The notes beneath the pieces are model-generated. The model was given only the letters and a program-made list of their open reading frames with translations, did not search any database and was not told the DNA's origin. DNA of 64,000 nucleotides from an uncultured Spirochaetota bacterium. GTDB lineage: Bacteria; Spirochaetota; Brevinematia; Brevinematales; JAOACQ01. Location: NCBI GenBank assembly GCA_963783575.1, contig CAWAOD010000009.1:640001-704000 (forward strand). Direction: 5' to 3'. A program made the position numbers and the translations under genes. Below, in pieces: positions 52,816 through 62,037 of the stretch (position 1 is the stretch's first letter; each line of letters opens with the position of its first letter).

Positions 52816-53418
52816 ATGTTCAAAGGTATACAGAAAGTTTCTTTGATCGATTATCCCGGAATAATATGCACAACTTTATTCACTGGGGGGTGCAATTTCC
52901 GCTGCTCCTGGTGCCACAACCTGCAATTGGTTGATGCTTCCATATTAAAAGGCCTGCCCGATATACAGGAAGATCAAATAAAAACCTATCTGGCAAAAAG
53001 GAAGGGAAAAATCCAGGGAATATGCGTCAGCGGCGGTGAACCAACATTGTGGGGCGGGAAGCTTGCAGGTTTTATGCATTGGGCGAAAGGCAATGGGTTC
53101 CTGGTAAAACTGGATACAAATGGATATAATCCCGGCGTTCTTCAAAATTATATCGGGCAAAACCTCCTGGATTTTATAGCGATGGATATAAAGAACACTT
53201 TTGATAAATACAGGATTACAACGGATATAGAATCCCTTGATATATCGCTGATAAAAAAATCCATAGATATCATTAAAAAAAGCGATGTCAGGCATCAATT
53301 CAGGACAACCCTGGTTCCCGGAATGGTTTTAAAAAATGAAATGATCAAATTCTCAAGATTATTAGGCGAAGAAATTGTCTTCCAGGATTACAGAAAAAAT
53401 GATAATAATTTCCAATAG
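52816..53418 (+). CDS. nrdG: Anaerobic RNR activating radical SAM enzyme
   Basis: SLIDYPG, CNFRCSWCHN, SGGEPT, KLDTNG. Confidence 0.92.
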   Translation: MFKGIQKVSLIDYPGIICTTLFTGGCNFRCSWCHNLQLVDASILKGLPDIQEDQIKTYLAKRKGKIQGICVSGGEPTLWGGKLAGFMHWAKGNGFLVKLDTNGYNPGVLQNYIGQNLLDFIAMDIKNTFDKYRITTDIESLDISLIKKSIDIIKKSDVRHQFRTTLVPGMVLKNEMIKFSRLLGEEIVFQDYRKNDNNFQ

Positions 53419-53453
53419 AAATTTTTATTATTAAAAATAACAGGAGAAAATAT

Positions 53454-54242
53454 ATGATATGGCAGGATATTCAGCTTATCCGTTCGGAAGCGCCGCTTGT
53501 GCATAATATAACCAATTATGTTGTAATGAACACGACAGCAAACGCGCTTCTGTCCATCGGCGCGTCTCCCGTTATGTCCCATGCAATAGAGGAAGTGGAA
53601 GAGATGGCCGGTTTATCCCGTGCGCTGGTTATAAACATAGGAACTTTAAGCGTACCATGGATTGATTCAATGATAAGGGCGGGTAAGAAGGCCCAAATGT
53701 TAAAGATTCCGGTAATACTGGATCCGGTCGGCAGCGGCGCCACAAAGTTTCGTACTGAAACAGCGCTAAAACTTATTAAAGAGATCCATCCTGAGATTAT
53801 ACGCGGAAACGCTTCTGAAATCAGTTCTCTTCTCCAGTCCGGGCGGGGAACCAAAGGAGTGGACAGCCGGAACACACCCGATGAGGTTCTGAATGAAGCC
53901 CGTGAGCTCTCCAGGTCCGCTGGATGTGTAGTTTCGGTAAGCGGCGCGGTTGATTTGATTGTCAAAGATGATAAAGTTGCCCGGATCGAGAATGGGCACC
54001 CGATGATGGCCAGAGTAACTGGCATGGGCTGTACGGCCAGCGCGATAACCGGCGCATTTGCAGCGGTAAATCCTTCACCTTTCGATGCCGCCGCTTTTGC
54101 CATGGCTGTTATGGGGATCGCCGGTGAGATAGCTGCCGTATGTTCGGCCGGGCCGGGAAGTTTTCAGGTAAATTTCCTGGATATCCTTTATAATATTAAG
54201 GAATCCGATATTACTCGGCGTTTGAAAATGCGGGGCTTATAA
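53454..54242 (+). CDS. thiM: Hydroxyethylthiazole kinase
   Basis: PLVHNITNYV, INIGTL, LDPVG, RGNASEI, TGMGC. Confidence 0.95.
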   Translation: MIWQDIQLIRSEAPLVHNITNYVVMNTTANALLSIGASPVMSHAIEEVEEMAGLSRALVINIGTLSVPWIDSMIRAGKKAQMLKIPVILDPVGSGATKFRTETALKLIKEIHPEIIRGNASEISSLLQSGRGTKGVDSRNTPDEVLNEARELSRSAGCVVSVSGAVDLIVKDDKVARIENGHPMMARVTGMGCTASAITGAFAAVNPSPFDAAAFAMAVMGIAGEIAAVCSAGPGSFQVNFLDILYNIKESDITRRLKMRGL

Positions 54243-54384
54243 TAAAAATAAAATGGGAAATATATCAGCCGGTTGATAAATCAATCGAAAGCCGGCCGGT
54301 ATAATCATAGCTGAATATTGACTCATTATATGATTTGTTCTAATATATTATTCTGGACTGAATTTCATTTTCCGGAGAAAACCA

Positions 54385-54963
54385 ATGAAAATAAAGAATA
54401 TAATTATATTTATCTTTATTGCGCAGATATCAGCACCGATTTTTTCAGCACAGACACAGACAAATATGAATACGAATACAATTGCTAACGGAGCTTTCCT
54501 TCAGGAGTTTTACGATCAGGAAAAATCAAACCAGGAAACCGTTAAGAAAATCCAGCCGCCCAGCCCGTTCTGGACAACCGTTAAAATTATACTATATACA
54601 GCCGTTTTCGGCGTAGCGGCATATTTTGTCGTAAGATTCATTGTTTCTAAAAGTTCACTTCCTTTTACCGGTGATGCGAATATCATAGAAACCCTGATGA
54701 CAAAACCGATGGGAATGGGCAGTTATCTGCAGATTGTTAAAGTCGGGGCAAGCTACTATATTCTGGGACTTTCAAATGAAGGATTACGGATGATCGATAA
54801 AATTCAGGACCAGGAAACAATCGATTACATAGAACTGAATAAAGAAAAAATCAAACCGAAAGAAACCAAGTTTTTAGATATCCTGTCATATTTACCTCTG
54901 TCGAAAAAAACTGATAAAATGGAATTCCTTAAAAATCAGAAAAACAGGCTTAAAAAATTATAA
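54385..54963 (+). CDS. fliO: Flagellar biosynthesis protein FliO/FliZ
   Basis: Signal peptide, one TM helix, LQIVKVG..YYILGLS...IDKI. Confidence 0.7.
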   Translation: MKIKNIIIFIFIAQISAPIFSAQTQTNMNTNTIANGAFLQEFYDQEKSNQETVKKIQPPSPFWTTVKIILYTAVFGVAAYFVVRFIVSKSSLPFTGDANIIETLMTKPMGMGSYLQIVKVGASYYILGLSNEGLRMIDKIQDQETIDYIELNKEKIKPKETKFLDILSYLPLSKKTDKMEFLKNQKNRLKKL

Positions 54964-54964
54964 T

Positions 54965-56011
54965 ATGCCGGCGGTTTATGTTGGAATGAGCGGCGGTATT
55001 GACAGTTCCGCCGCGGCATACATCCTGAAGAGAAATGGTTTTAACGTTACCGGCGTTACTTTTACGGCTTTAAACAAAGAAGGGCTCAAAAAATGCTGCA
55101 GCATTGAAGAAATTGCCGCGGCAAAGGATGTGTGCCGATTTTTAGGGATAAAACATAAAATTATCGATATAAGGGACATTTTTGAAGCGAAAATAATAAA
55201 ATACTTCATTGACAGTTACCGTTCAGGACTTACCCCCAATCCTTGCGTTTACTGTAACAGATTTGTTAAGTTCGGCGCAATGCTTGAATACGCGCTTTCC
55301 GAAGGCGCGGACTATTTTGCGACAGGCCATTACGCCGGAATAGAAGAGATCAACGGGAATTCATTCATTAAGAAAGGTACGGATAAAGAAAAAGACCAGT
55401 CATATTTCCTTTCATACATAGAAAAAGAAAAACTTCCTTATATCAAACTCCCGCTTGGCGCTTACAAAAAACAGGATGTTCGTGAAATAATAAAAGAGTC
55501 CGGACTCCCGGTTAATCCCCATAAACCGGAAAGCCAGGATGTATGTTTTATCAACGGCGATTACAGGGATTTCTTAATAAAAAGAGGCGTTGAAGAAAAT
55601 CCCGGTGATTTCATATATTTAAATAAGACCGCAGGTTTCCATAAGGGAATACCTTTTTACAGCCTGGGACAGCGCAGGGGTTTGAACATATCTGTGGGGA
55701 ACAGGGCTTTTATCCGCGAGTTCGATCTTGAAAATAACCGCATTATGCTTGGTGATAAGCCGTTATCCAGGGAATTTACAGTCCGCGGATTGAATATATT
55801 TACCGGAGATTTTACAAATGGAAGATTTTCGGTGCAGATTCGCTACAGAAGCAATATCATTGAAGGGTCTGTAAAAATTGAAGGAGATGGGGCCGAAGTT
55901 TTCCTGATAGAGCCGCAGGAGATCATCTCCCCCGGGCAGTTTGCCGTTTTTTACAGGGACGATTTAGTCTATGCCAGCGGAGTGATCAGGGATGTGAGGC
56001 TTATTTCCTGA
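54965..56011 (+). CDS. mnmA: tRNA 2-thiouridylase
   Basis: MSGGIDSS, TPNPCVYCN, ATGHYA, KDQSYFL, ESQDVCF, PGQFAVFY. Confidence 0.95.
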   Translation: MPAVYVGMSGGIDSSAAAYILKRNGFNVTGVTFTALNKEGLKKCCSIEEIAAAKDVCRFLGIKHKIIDIRDIFEAKIIKYFIDSYRSGLTPNPCVYCNRFVKFGAMLEYALSEGADYFATGHYAGIEEINGNSFIKKGTDKEKDQSYFLSYIEKEKLPYIKLPLGAYKKQDVREIIKESGLPVNPHKPESQDVCFINGDYRDFLIKRGVEENPGDFIYLNKTAGFHKGIPFYSLGQRRGLNISVGNRAFIREFDLENNRIMLGDKPLSREFTVRGLNIFTGDFTNGRFSVQIRYRSNIIEGSVKIEGDGAEVFLIEPQEIISPGQFAVFYRDDLVYASGVIRDVRLIS

Positions 56012-56014
56012 AAG

Positions 56015-57328
56015 TTAATCTTCCGTTAATTCAACAGCGCCTTTCCTTACCCTGGCATTGCCGGCCTTTACTTCAAAAAATTCGTTTTCCCTGCATTCTT
56101 TTTTTGTATAAATTTTCAGATAATTCGGAGTATAGCCTGTCCAGAAGCCTTCCTCTCTGGTTTCAATTAAAACCCTGTATTTTTTACAAAGTATAATTCT
56201 TTTAACAAATTCCATTCCAGATTCAACGGCCGCTTCTTCCAGGCGTCTGTACCGCTCTTTTTTGATATTTCCGTCAATATCTTTCATCAATGCCGCTTTT
56301 GTATGCGAACGTTGAGAGTAAGAGAAAATGTGCACCCGGGTGAAAAAAGCTTTTTTTACCAGATCAATGGTTTCAAGGAATTCTTCTTCGGTCTCCTCAG
56401 GAAACCCGGTAATTATATCGGTCGTGATCCCGCAATCAGGAATTCTTTCCCTGATTATTTTGGTCAATTCTAGGAAATATTTTGAAGAATAATTTCGGTT
56501 CATTCTTTTTAATACACTGTCGCTTCCGCTCTGTACCGATAAATGAAAATGCGGTGTTAGTTTTGCGGCGGCAGAACCTTTTCCTGCCAAATCGATAAGC
56601 TTTATGTCGAATTCATCCGGCTGCAATGAAGACAAACGTATCCGGAAATCCCCTGGAATAAGGATAGCATCTTTTAATAAATCGTAAAGCATAACACCGC
56701 TATAATTATAATCGCTTATATTTACCCCGGTGAGAACAATTTCTTTGTAGCCTGATTTAACAAGGTTCCTTATAAATTCAAGAGCCGCTTGCGGTTCAAC
56801 ACTTCTGCTTCGGCCTCTCGCGGCAGGTATTTTGCAGTATGAGCAGAACTTATCGCAGCCGTCCTGAATTTTCACGAAGGCGCGTGTCCTCTCGAATTCC
56901 TTCACAACCGGGAACGAGCGTTCCGCTCGATCATTATTACTATTAATATTATGATCGCAAATAATATTTTCAGGATGATTTTTATCAAACTCGGGTCTCA
57001 ATTCAATCAAATCAGCTATATTGAATTTTGAGTCGTTTTTTACAACTATATCCGCGTATTCGGCTGTGTTTAATTCATCAAAACCGGTCGTGGCATAGCA
57101 TCCGGTCGCGATGACTTTTTTGCCTTTTATTTTTGCCTTCCGCATGACCTGCCTTGATTTAACATCGGCATTGTTGGTTACCGAGCAGGTGTTGACGATT
57201 ACATAATCCGAATTGTCGATATTGTTTGAAATTTCATACCCTTTTAAAAGCAGGTTCTCCGCAATAGCTCTTGATTCGAACTGGTTTAGCTTGCAGCCGA
57301 TGGTTTCTATATAAATTTTTAAAGGCAT
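56015..57328 (-). CDS. mtaB: tRNA methylthiotransferase (MtaB-like)
   Basis: TIGCKLNQFES, NTCSVT, RTRAFVKIQDGCDKFCSYC; start placed at ATG 57328. Confidence 0.88.
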   Translation of the reverse strand: MPLKIYIETIGCKLNQFESRAIAENLLLKGYEISNNIDNSDYVIVNTCSVTNNADVKSRQVMRKAKIKGKKVIATGCYATTGFDELNTAEYADIVVKNDSKFNIADLIELRPEFDKNHPENIICDHNINSNNDRAERSFPVVKEFERTRAFVKIQDGCDKFCSYCKIPAARGRSRSVEPQAALEFIRNLVKSGYKEIVLTGVNISDYNYSGVMLYDLLKDAILIPGDFRIRLSSLQPDEFDIKLIDLAGKGSAAAKLTPHFHLSVQSGSDSVLKRMNRNYSSKYFLELTKIIRERIPDCGITTDIITGFPEETEEEFLETIDLVKKAFFTRVHIFSYSQRSHTKAALMKDIDGNIKKERYRRLEEAAVESGMEFVKRIILCKKYRVLIETREEGFWTGYTPNYLKIYTKKECRENEFFEVKAGNARVRKGAVELTED

Positions 57329-57329
57329 T

Positions 57330-58142
57330 TTACCAGACACCTTTTTCTTTAAGAACGGCAGTGGTTTCAAATCCAACCTCTTTAACAAGAATGCCGCTGT
57401 CTTCATCCACCCAGAAATAAAAATCCCTGACATATTGATCCGTCAGTCTCCCCAGGAATGGATCTCCGAGGGCAAAACCAAGCTTGATTGTATTGAACTG
57501 CCCGGCTTTCGTATTAAGTATCTCTTTTCCCTTTACAATAAAACTGCCGAAAAAGCTGGTCTTTATATATTGAGGCACAACCAGGTAAATAATTCCCGGG
57601 CTGCCGGCTTTCAGAAACCGGATACCCATGAACATTATAAAATTCCAGTTCCAGACCGGATAATCCGGGTCTACTTTGATATGGCTCGTCCTTGTGTTGA
57701 ATTTAAATCCATTCCAGATTTGTTCGGTACAGATTGCCATTCCGTTTTTATAGTCAACTGAAATTTCGGTCATCGCCGGTTCATCCGAATTCTCAAGGAC
57801 GGCATTGGTACGGTTGTCATCGAAGTAATGTAAAAGCGAGCCGTTCTTAAGAGAAACGAACATAATGGTCTGGTAGTTTTTGTAATCGTCTGGAAATTTC
57901 AATCCAGATCCGTCTTTTAGATAATGCGCATAAACTTCGGCAATATCATCGCTTATTTTTGTGACGATTGTAAATGAATATTTTTGCCCGCGGTCGTTCA
58001 GAACCTCGTACTTAAGCTTTTCACCGTCTGGAATGGTTTTATCGGTTGCCTGTAAAGGCACATGCGCTATTTTTTTTGTTGTACACCCTGCTGTAATGAA
58101 AACAATCAGGATGATCATCATAATGCTTAATTTATTATACAC
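57330..58142 (-). CDS. Putative lipoprotein (DUF3108-like), paralogue of 23712..24563
   Basis: Lipobox TAGC; GKEILNTKAGQFNTIKL..FWVDEDSGILVK. Confidence 0.75.
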   Translation of the reverse strand: MYNKLSIMMIILIVFITAGCTTKKIAHVPLQATDKTIPDGEKLKYEVLNDRGQKYSFTIVTKISDDIAEVYAHYLKDGSGLKFPDDYKNYQTIMFVSLKNGSLLHYFDDNRTNAVLENSDEPAMTEISVDYKNGMAICTEQIWNGFKFNTRTSHIKVDPDYPVWNWNFIMFMGIRFLKAGSPGIIYLVVPQYIKTSFFGSFIVKGKEILNTKAGQFNTIKLGFALGDPFLGRLTDQYVRDFYFWVDEDSGILVKEVGFETTAVLKEKGVW

Positions 58143-58273
58143 ATAATCCGTCCATATTAATTATAACAATTTTTCACTATAAAATGAAATATTATATACT
58201 TTTGATTATTCCCGCCGGAACTGCTAAAATAATTACCGTTTATTTTACAATAAATAATTTAGGAGCTTACCCT

Positions 58274-60937
58274 ATGAATTCAAATGATATAAGAAAAGGT
58301 TTTCTGGATTTTTTTGCGGGAAAAGGGCATACCATTGTTAAAAGCGCTTCTTTAGTACCGGATAATGACCCGACACTGCTTTTTACCAACGCGGGGATGA
58401 ACCAGTTTAAAGATATTTTCCTGGGAACCGGAAAGCGGGATTATTCCCGGGCCGCGGATACCCAGAAGTGTATGAGGGTTTCCGGCAAACACAACGACCT
58501 TGAAGATGTCGGTAAAGATACGTATCATCACACATTTTTTGAAATGCTGGGAAACTGGTCGTTCGGGGATTATTACAAGAAAGAAGCCATTGAGTGGGCC
58601 TGGGAACTTTTAACACAGATATGGAAGCTTCCGAAAGAAAGACTTTACGCGACGGTGCATCATACCGATGACGAGGCTTTTAAAATATGGGAAAATAACA
58701 CAAATATCGATAAAAATCATATTATTCGTTTCGGTGATAAGGATAATTTCTGGGAAATGGGGACGACCGGGCCCTGCGGCCCCTGTTCGGAAATCCATAT
58801 CGACCAGGGAGAAGGTACATGCAACAGAAAACATATAAAGGATCATGTGTGTTCTGTGAACGCCGGATGCTCCCGGTATATCGAACTCTGGAACCTTGTT
58901 TTCATTCAGTACAACCGGCTTGAAGATGGAACACTGGTCCGCCTTCCAAGCTGTCATGTCGATACCGGTATGGGTTTTGAGAGGATCGTGTCGGTTATTC
59001 AGGGCAGGCATTCAAATTATGATACCGATTTATTCATGCCGCTTATACATAAAATCGAGGATATGAGCGGAAGTAAGTATAACGGACAAACTGCAGGAAC
59101 AAAAAATTCTGATATGCCGGTACGGGTTATCGCCGATCATATCCGCTCCCTGACTTTCGCAATGGCCGACGGTGTTATGCCTTCAAATGAAGGAAGGGGT
59201 TATGTCATACGCAAAATATTAAGGCGGGCTATCCGCTATGGAAAATATCTTGGCTTTAATTCTCCTTTTCTCTTTAAAATTGTAGATACAGTTATTGATA
59301 TAATGGGAAACGCGTTTCCCGAAATTTCCGAGAAAGCCGGTATGGTTAAATCATTGATTTTATCCGAAGAAGAATCCTTCTTCAAAACGCTTAACAGGGG
59401 GTTGGAAAAACTGGATGAAATTGTTTCTGAAATCAAAGGGAATAATTTAAATAAAATAAGCGGTGAGCATATCTTCATGCTATATGATTCCCTCGGTTTC
59501 CCGGTTGATTTTACACAGAATGTTGCGGAAGATGAGGGACTTAAAGTTGATATGGAAAGGTTTCGTGAATTAATGGAAGAGCAGAAGGAAAGGGCGAGGG
59601 CAAACTGGAAGGGTGAAGCCTTTGAATTCGTGGCATTGAAAGGCATAGTCAAGCCGACTGAATACATCGGAGAGGACTGTTTTGAATCGGAAGAAGAAAT
59701 TCAAATTATTGTTAAGGATAATAAAATTGTAGATGCAGCATCGGAAAATGATAACGCGGTGATAATTGCCAGAAGAACGCCTTTTTACGCAGAGAAGGGC
59801 GGACAGGTCGGCGATACGGGAATTATCAAAAAGGATCAAAGCAGATTTATTGTTAACGATACAAGGACATTCAATGACGTTACGCTCCATTTCGGCACTG
59901 TTCAGAACGGCTCATTTAAAACAAATGAAAGAATAACAATGAAGGTCGATAAAGATAAAAAGAATGCCACAGCCCGCAACCACACCGCCACTCATTTGAT
60001 TCACAAAGCTTTAAGGCACATCGCGGGCGAGCATGCGGCCCAGGCCGGGTCGCTTGTTGGGCCGGAAAGGCTGAGGTTTGATTTTACCCATCCAAAGGCT
60101 TTAACAAAAGAGGAAATTGAAAAAATTGAAAATGAAGTCAATGAAGTTGTCCTGCGTAATATTCCGGTCAAAATTACAAAAATGTCAAAGGGTGAAGCCG
60201 TTAAAAGCGGCGCTGTGGCGATTTTTGAGGAAAAGTATGGGGAAGTAGTCAGGGTTGTCGAGGTAGAAGGTTATTCGAAAGAACTTTGCGGAGGAACACA
60301 TGTGAAGCAAAGCGGCGATATCGGCCTTATAAAAATTACCGCGGATTTTTCGATCTCGGCCGGGACCAGAAGGCTTGAAGCCTTTACAGGTTTGAATTCA
60401 CTGGAAGAGTACAGGAGAGAATTTTACAAAATAAAAGAGCTTTCGGGTTTATTAAACATAGATGATGAAAAGCTTTTGCCGAGATTCAGGCAGATTCTCG
60501 ATACTATTAAAATTAAGGACAAAGAAATTGAGGAATTGAAAAATAATCTCGCGAAATCGAATATGGATGAATTATTAAAAAAACCTGTTATGGTAGGGAA
60601 TTCACAGGTTGTAATCACAAGGGTGGATATGGATTCTCAAATGATGCTGTCAATTGTTGATGAATTCAAGAAAAACACCGAAACCGGGGTAATTTACCTG
60701 ATTGGTTCTCCATCTGCCGATAAAGTGGCAATTACTGCGGGTGTTACAAAGACGCTTATAAATAAAATCAAAGCCGGCGATCTTGCGCGCGAGACAGCTA
60801 AAATAGTCGGGGGAGGTGGAGGAGGAAGGCCGGATATGGCCCAGGCGGGAGGAAAAGACCCTTCAAGGATCGATGATGCCGTCGCAAAAGCTCGTGAAAT
60901 GATTGAACAAGCGTGCCGTTCGGTCACGACCGCTTGA
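58274..60937 (+). CDS. alaS: Alanine--tRNA ligase
   Basis: DPTLLFTNAGMNQFK, HHTFFEMLGNWSFG, HTATH, ELCGGTH, GGGGRPDMAQAGG; AGGAG RBS before ATG 58274. Confidence 0.97.
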   Translation: MNSNDIRKGFLDFFAGKGHTIVKSASLVPDNDPTLLFTNAGMNQFKDIFLGTGKRDYSRAADTQKCMRVSGKHNDLEDVGKDTYHHTFFEMLGNWSFGDYYKKEAIEWAWELLTQIWKLPKERLYATVHHTDDEAFKIWENNTNIDKNHIIRFGDKDNFWEMGTTGPCGPCSEIHIDQGEGTCNRKHIKDHVCSVNAGCSRYIELWNLVFIQYNRLEDGTLVRLPSCHVDTGMGFERIVSVIQGRHSNYDTDLFMPLIHKIEDMSGSKYNGQTAGTKNSDMPVRVIADHIRSLTFAMADGVMPSNEGRGYVIRKILRRAIRYGKYLGFNSPFLFKIVDTVIDIMGNAFPEISEKAGMVKSLILSEEESFFKTLNRGLEKLDEIVSEIKGNNLNKISGEHIFMLYDSLGFPVDFTQNVAEDEGLKVDMERFRELMEEQKERARANWKGEAFEFVALKGIVKPTEYIGEDCFESEEEIQIIVKDNKIVDAASENDNAVIIARRTPFYAEKGGQVGDTGIIKKDQSRFIVNDTRTFNDVTLHFGTVQNGSFKTNERITMKVDKDKKNATARNHTATHLIHKALRHIAGEHAAQAGSLVGPERLRFDFTHPKALTKEEIEKIENEVNEVVLRNIPVKITKMSKGEAVKSGAVAIFEEKYGEVVRVVEVEGYSKELCGGTHVKQSGDIGLIKITADFSISAGTRRLEAFTGLNSLEEYRREFYKIKELSGLLNIDDEKLLPRFRQILDTIKIKDKEIEELKNNLAKSNMDELLKKPVMVGNSQVVITRVDMDSQMMLSIVDEFKKNTETGVIYLIGSPSADKVAITAGVTKTLINKIKAGDLARETAKIVGGGGGGRPDMAQAGGKDPSRIDDAVAKAREMIEQACRSVTTA

Positions 60938-60942
60938 CCGGT
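60906..60942. repeat. Short palindromic repeat, copy 5, with internal insert; overlaps the alaS 3' end
   Basis: AACAAGCGTGCCG-TTCGGTCACGA-CCGCTTGACCGG. Confidence 0.72.
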
Positions 60943-61152
60943 ATAAAATAATCCGGCAGGTTCGCTATAATTCACGTTAATTATTGTAACTTGTGGTGAG
61001 CCAGCTGAATCCATTATTGGCAAAAAGAAACAAAAATGTTGTTTCTAAATATTACAAATTTGTGCGGCTGAGTATTTACTTTATTAGAAAATATTTCTTA
61101 TGCTTTGGGTGCAACATCACGCTGCAATGCCGATAATATATTAGAGATTCTT

Positions 61153-61920
61153 ATGAAAAATGTTTTTGTGATTGCCCTCCATGGTATTGGAGGAAACCTT
61201 CATCATCTATCGGGGTTGGTAAATTACTATCTGTCAAAAGAAATTGATGTTAAAGCAATCGATCTACTCGGTTTCGGCCACACAACTCCAACAAGCAGGG
61301 GAGACATTGAAAGCTTTGATGAATATATCCTCGAAGTGGAAAACTATGTTAAAGAATTGAAGAAGAATCATTCGGACTATAAAATAATTCTGCTCGGGGA
61401 AAACATCGGCGGGCTTATCGCTATGCAGTTTTCAATCAGCCATCAAAAAGAAATTGACGGTTTGATATTAATAAATCCTGTCACAGAAACAAAACACCCT
61501 TTCCCATTATTGGCAAGATTTTTTCTAACAATATGCAGTTTCATTCTTCCAGGCAAATATTTTACAATTCCTATAAAACCGGAAGATATCAGCGACGATG
61601 AAAAAATGCTCCATTTTTTAAGAGATGATATTCAAAAAGTAAAAGCGATTACTGCCCGGTTCTGGTGGGCAATGATCAGGGCAACGGTTGAACTGAAAGC
61701 TGAAGCCGGGAAAATCAGGATACCGGTTTTGATGCAGTTATCCAAAGTTTCAAAAACAATAGGCATTCATTCTGCAAAATCAATCTTTTCCAGGATAAAT
61801 ACCGTTCATAAACACCTTCAAGAATTCGATATTCCCGATTCAATGACAATATGCAAAGACAGGGAAAAGGTTTTCGAAAAACAGATTAAATTCATTCATA
61901 ATATAATCCTTTCACAATAG
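61153..61920 (+). CDS. Lysophospholipase-like alpha/beta-fold protein lacking the catalytic Ser
   Basis: LHGIGG, DLLGFG..RGDI; the nucleophile elbow reads GENIGG. Confidence 0.78.
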   Translation: MKNVFVIALHGIGGNLHHLSGLVNYYLSKEIDVKAIDLLGFGHTTPTSRGDIESFDEYILEVENYVKELKKNHSDYKIILLGENIGGLIAMQFSISHQKEIDGLILINPVTETKHPFPLLARFFLTICSFILPGKYFTIPIKPEDISDDEKMLHFLRDDIQKVKAITARFWWAMIRATVELKAEAGKIRIPVLMQLSKVSKTIGIHSAKSIFSRINTVHKHLQEFDIPDSMTICKDREKVFEKQIKFIHNIILSQ

Positions 61921-62037
61921 GTGCGATTAATAATCTAACATTATTTCTCATAGTCAAATTTCACTATTTTAAAATTTATTTATTAAGATAACAAGCATTA
62001 AAATATTACATAAATTATTTTAACAATTATTATTATA

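Noticed and set aside
53419..53453. TPP riboswitch upstream of thiM
   Set aside because: Only 35 AT-rich bases separate nrdG and thiM, with no CTGAGA motif.
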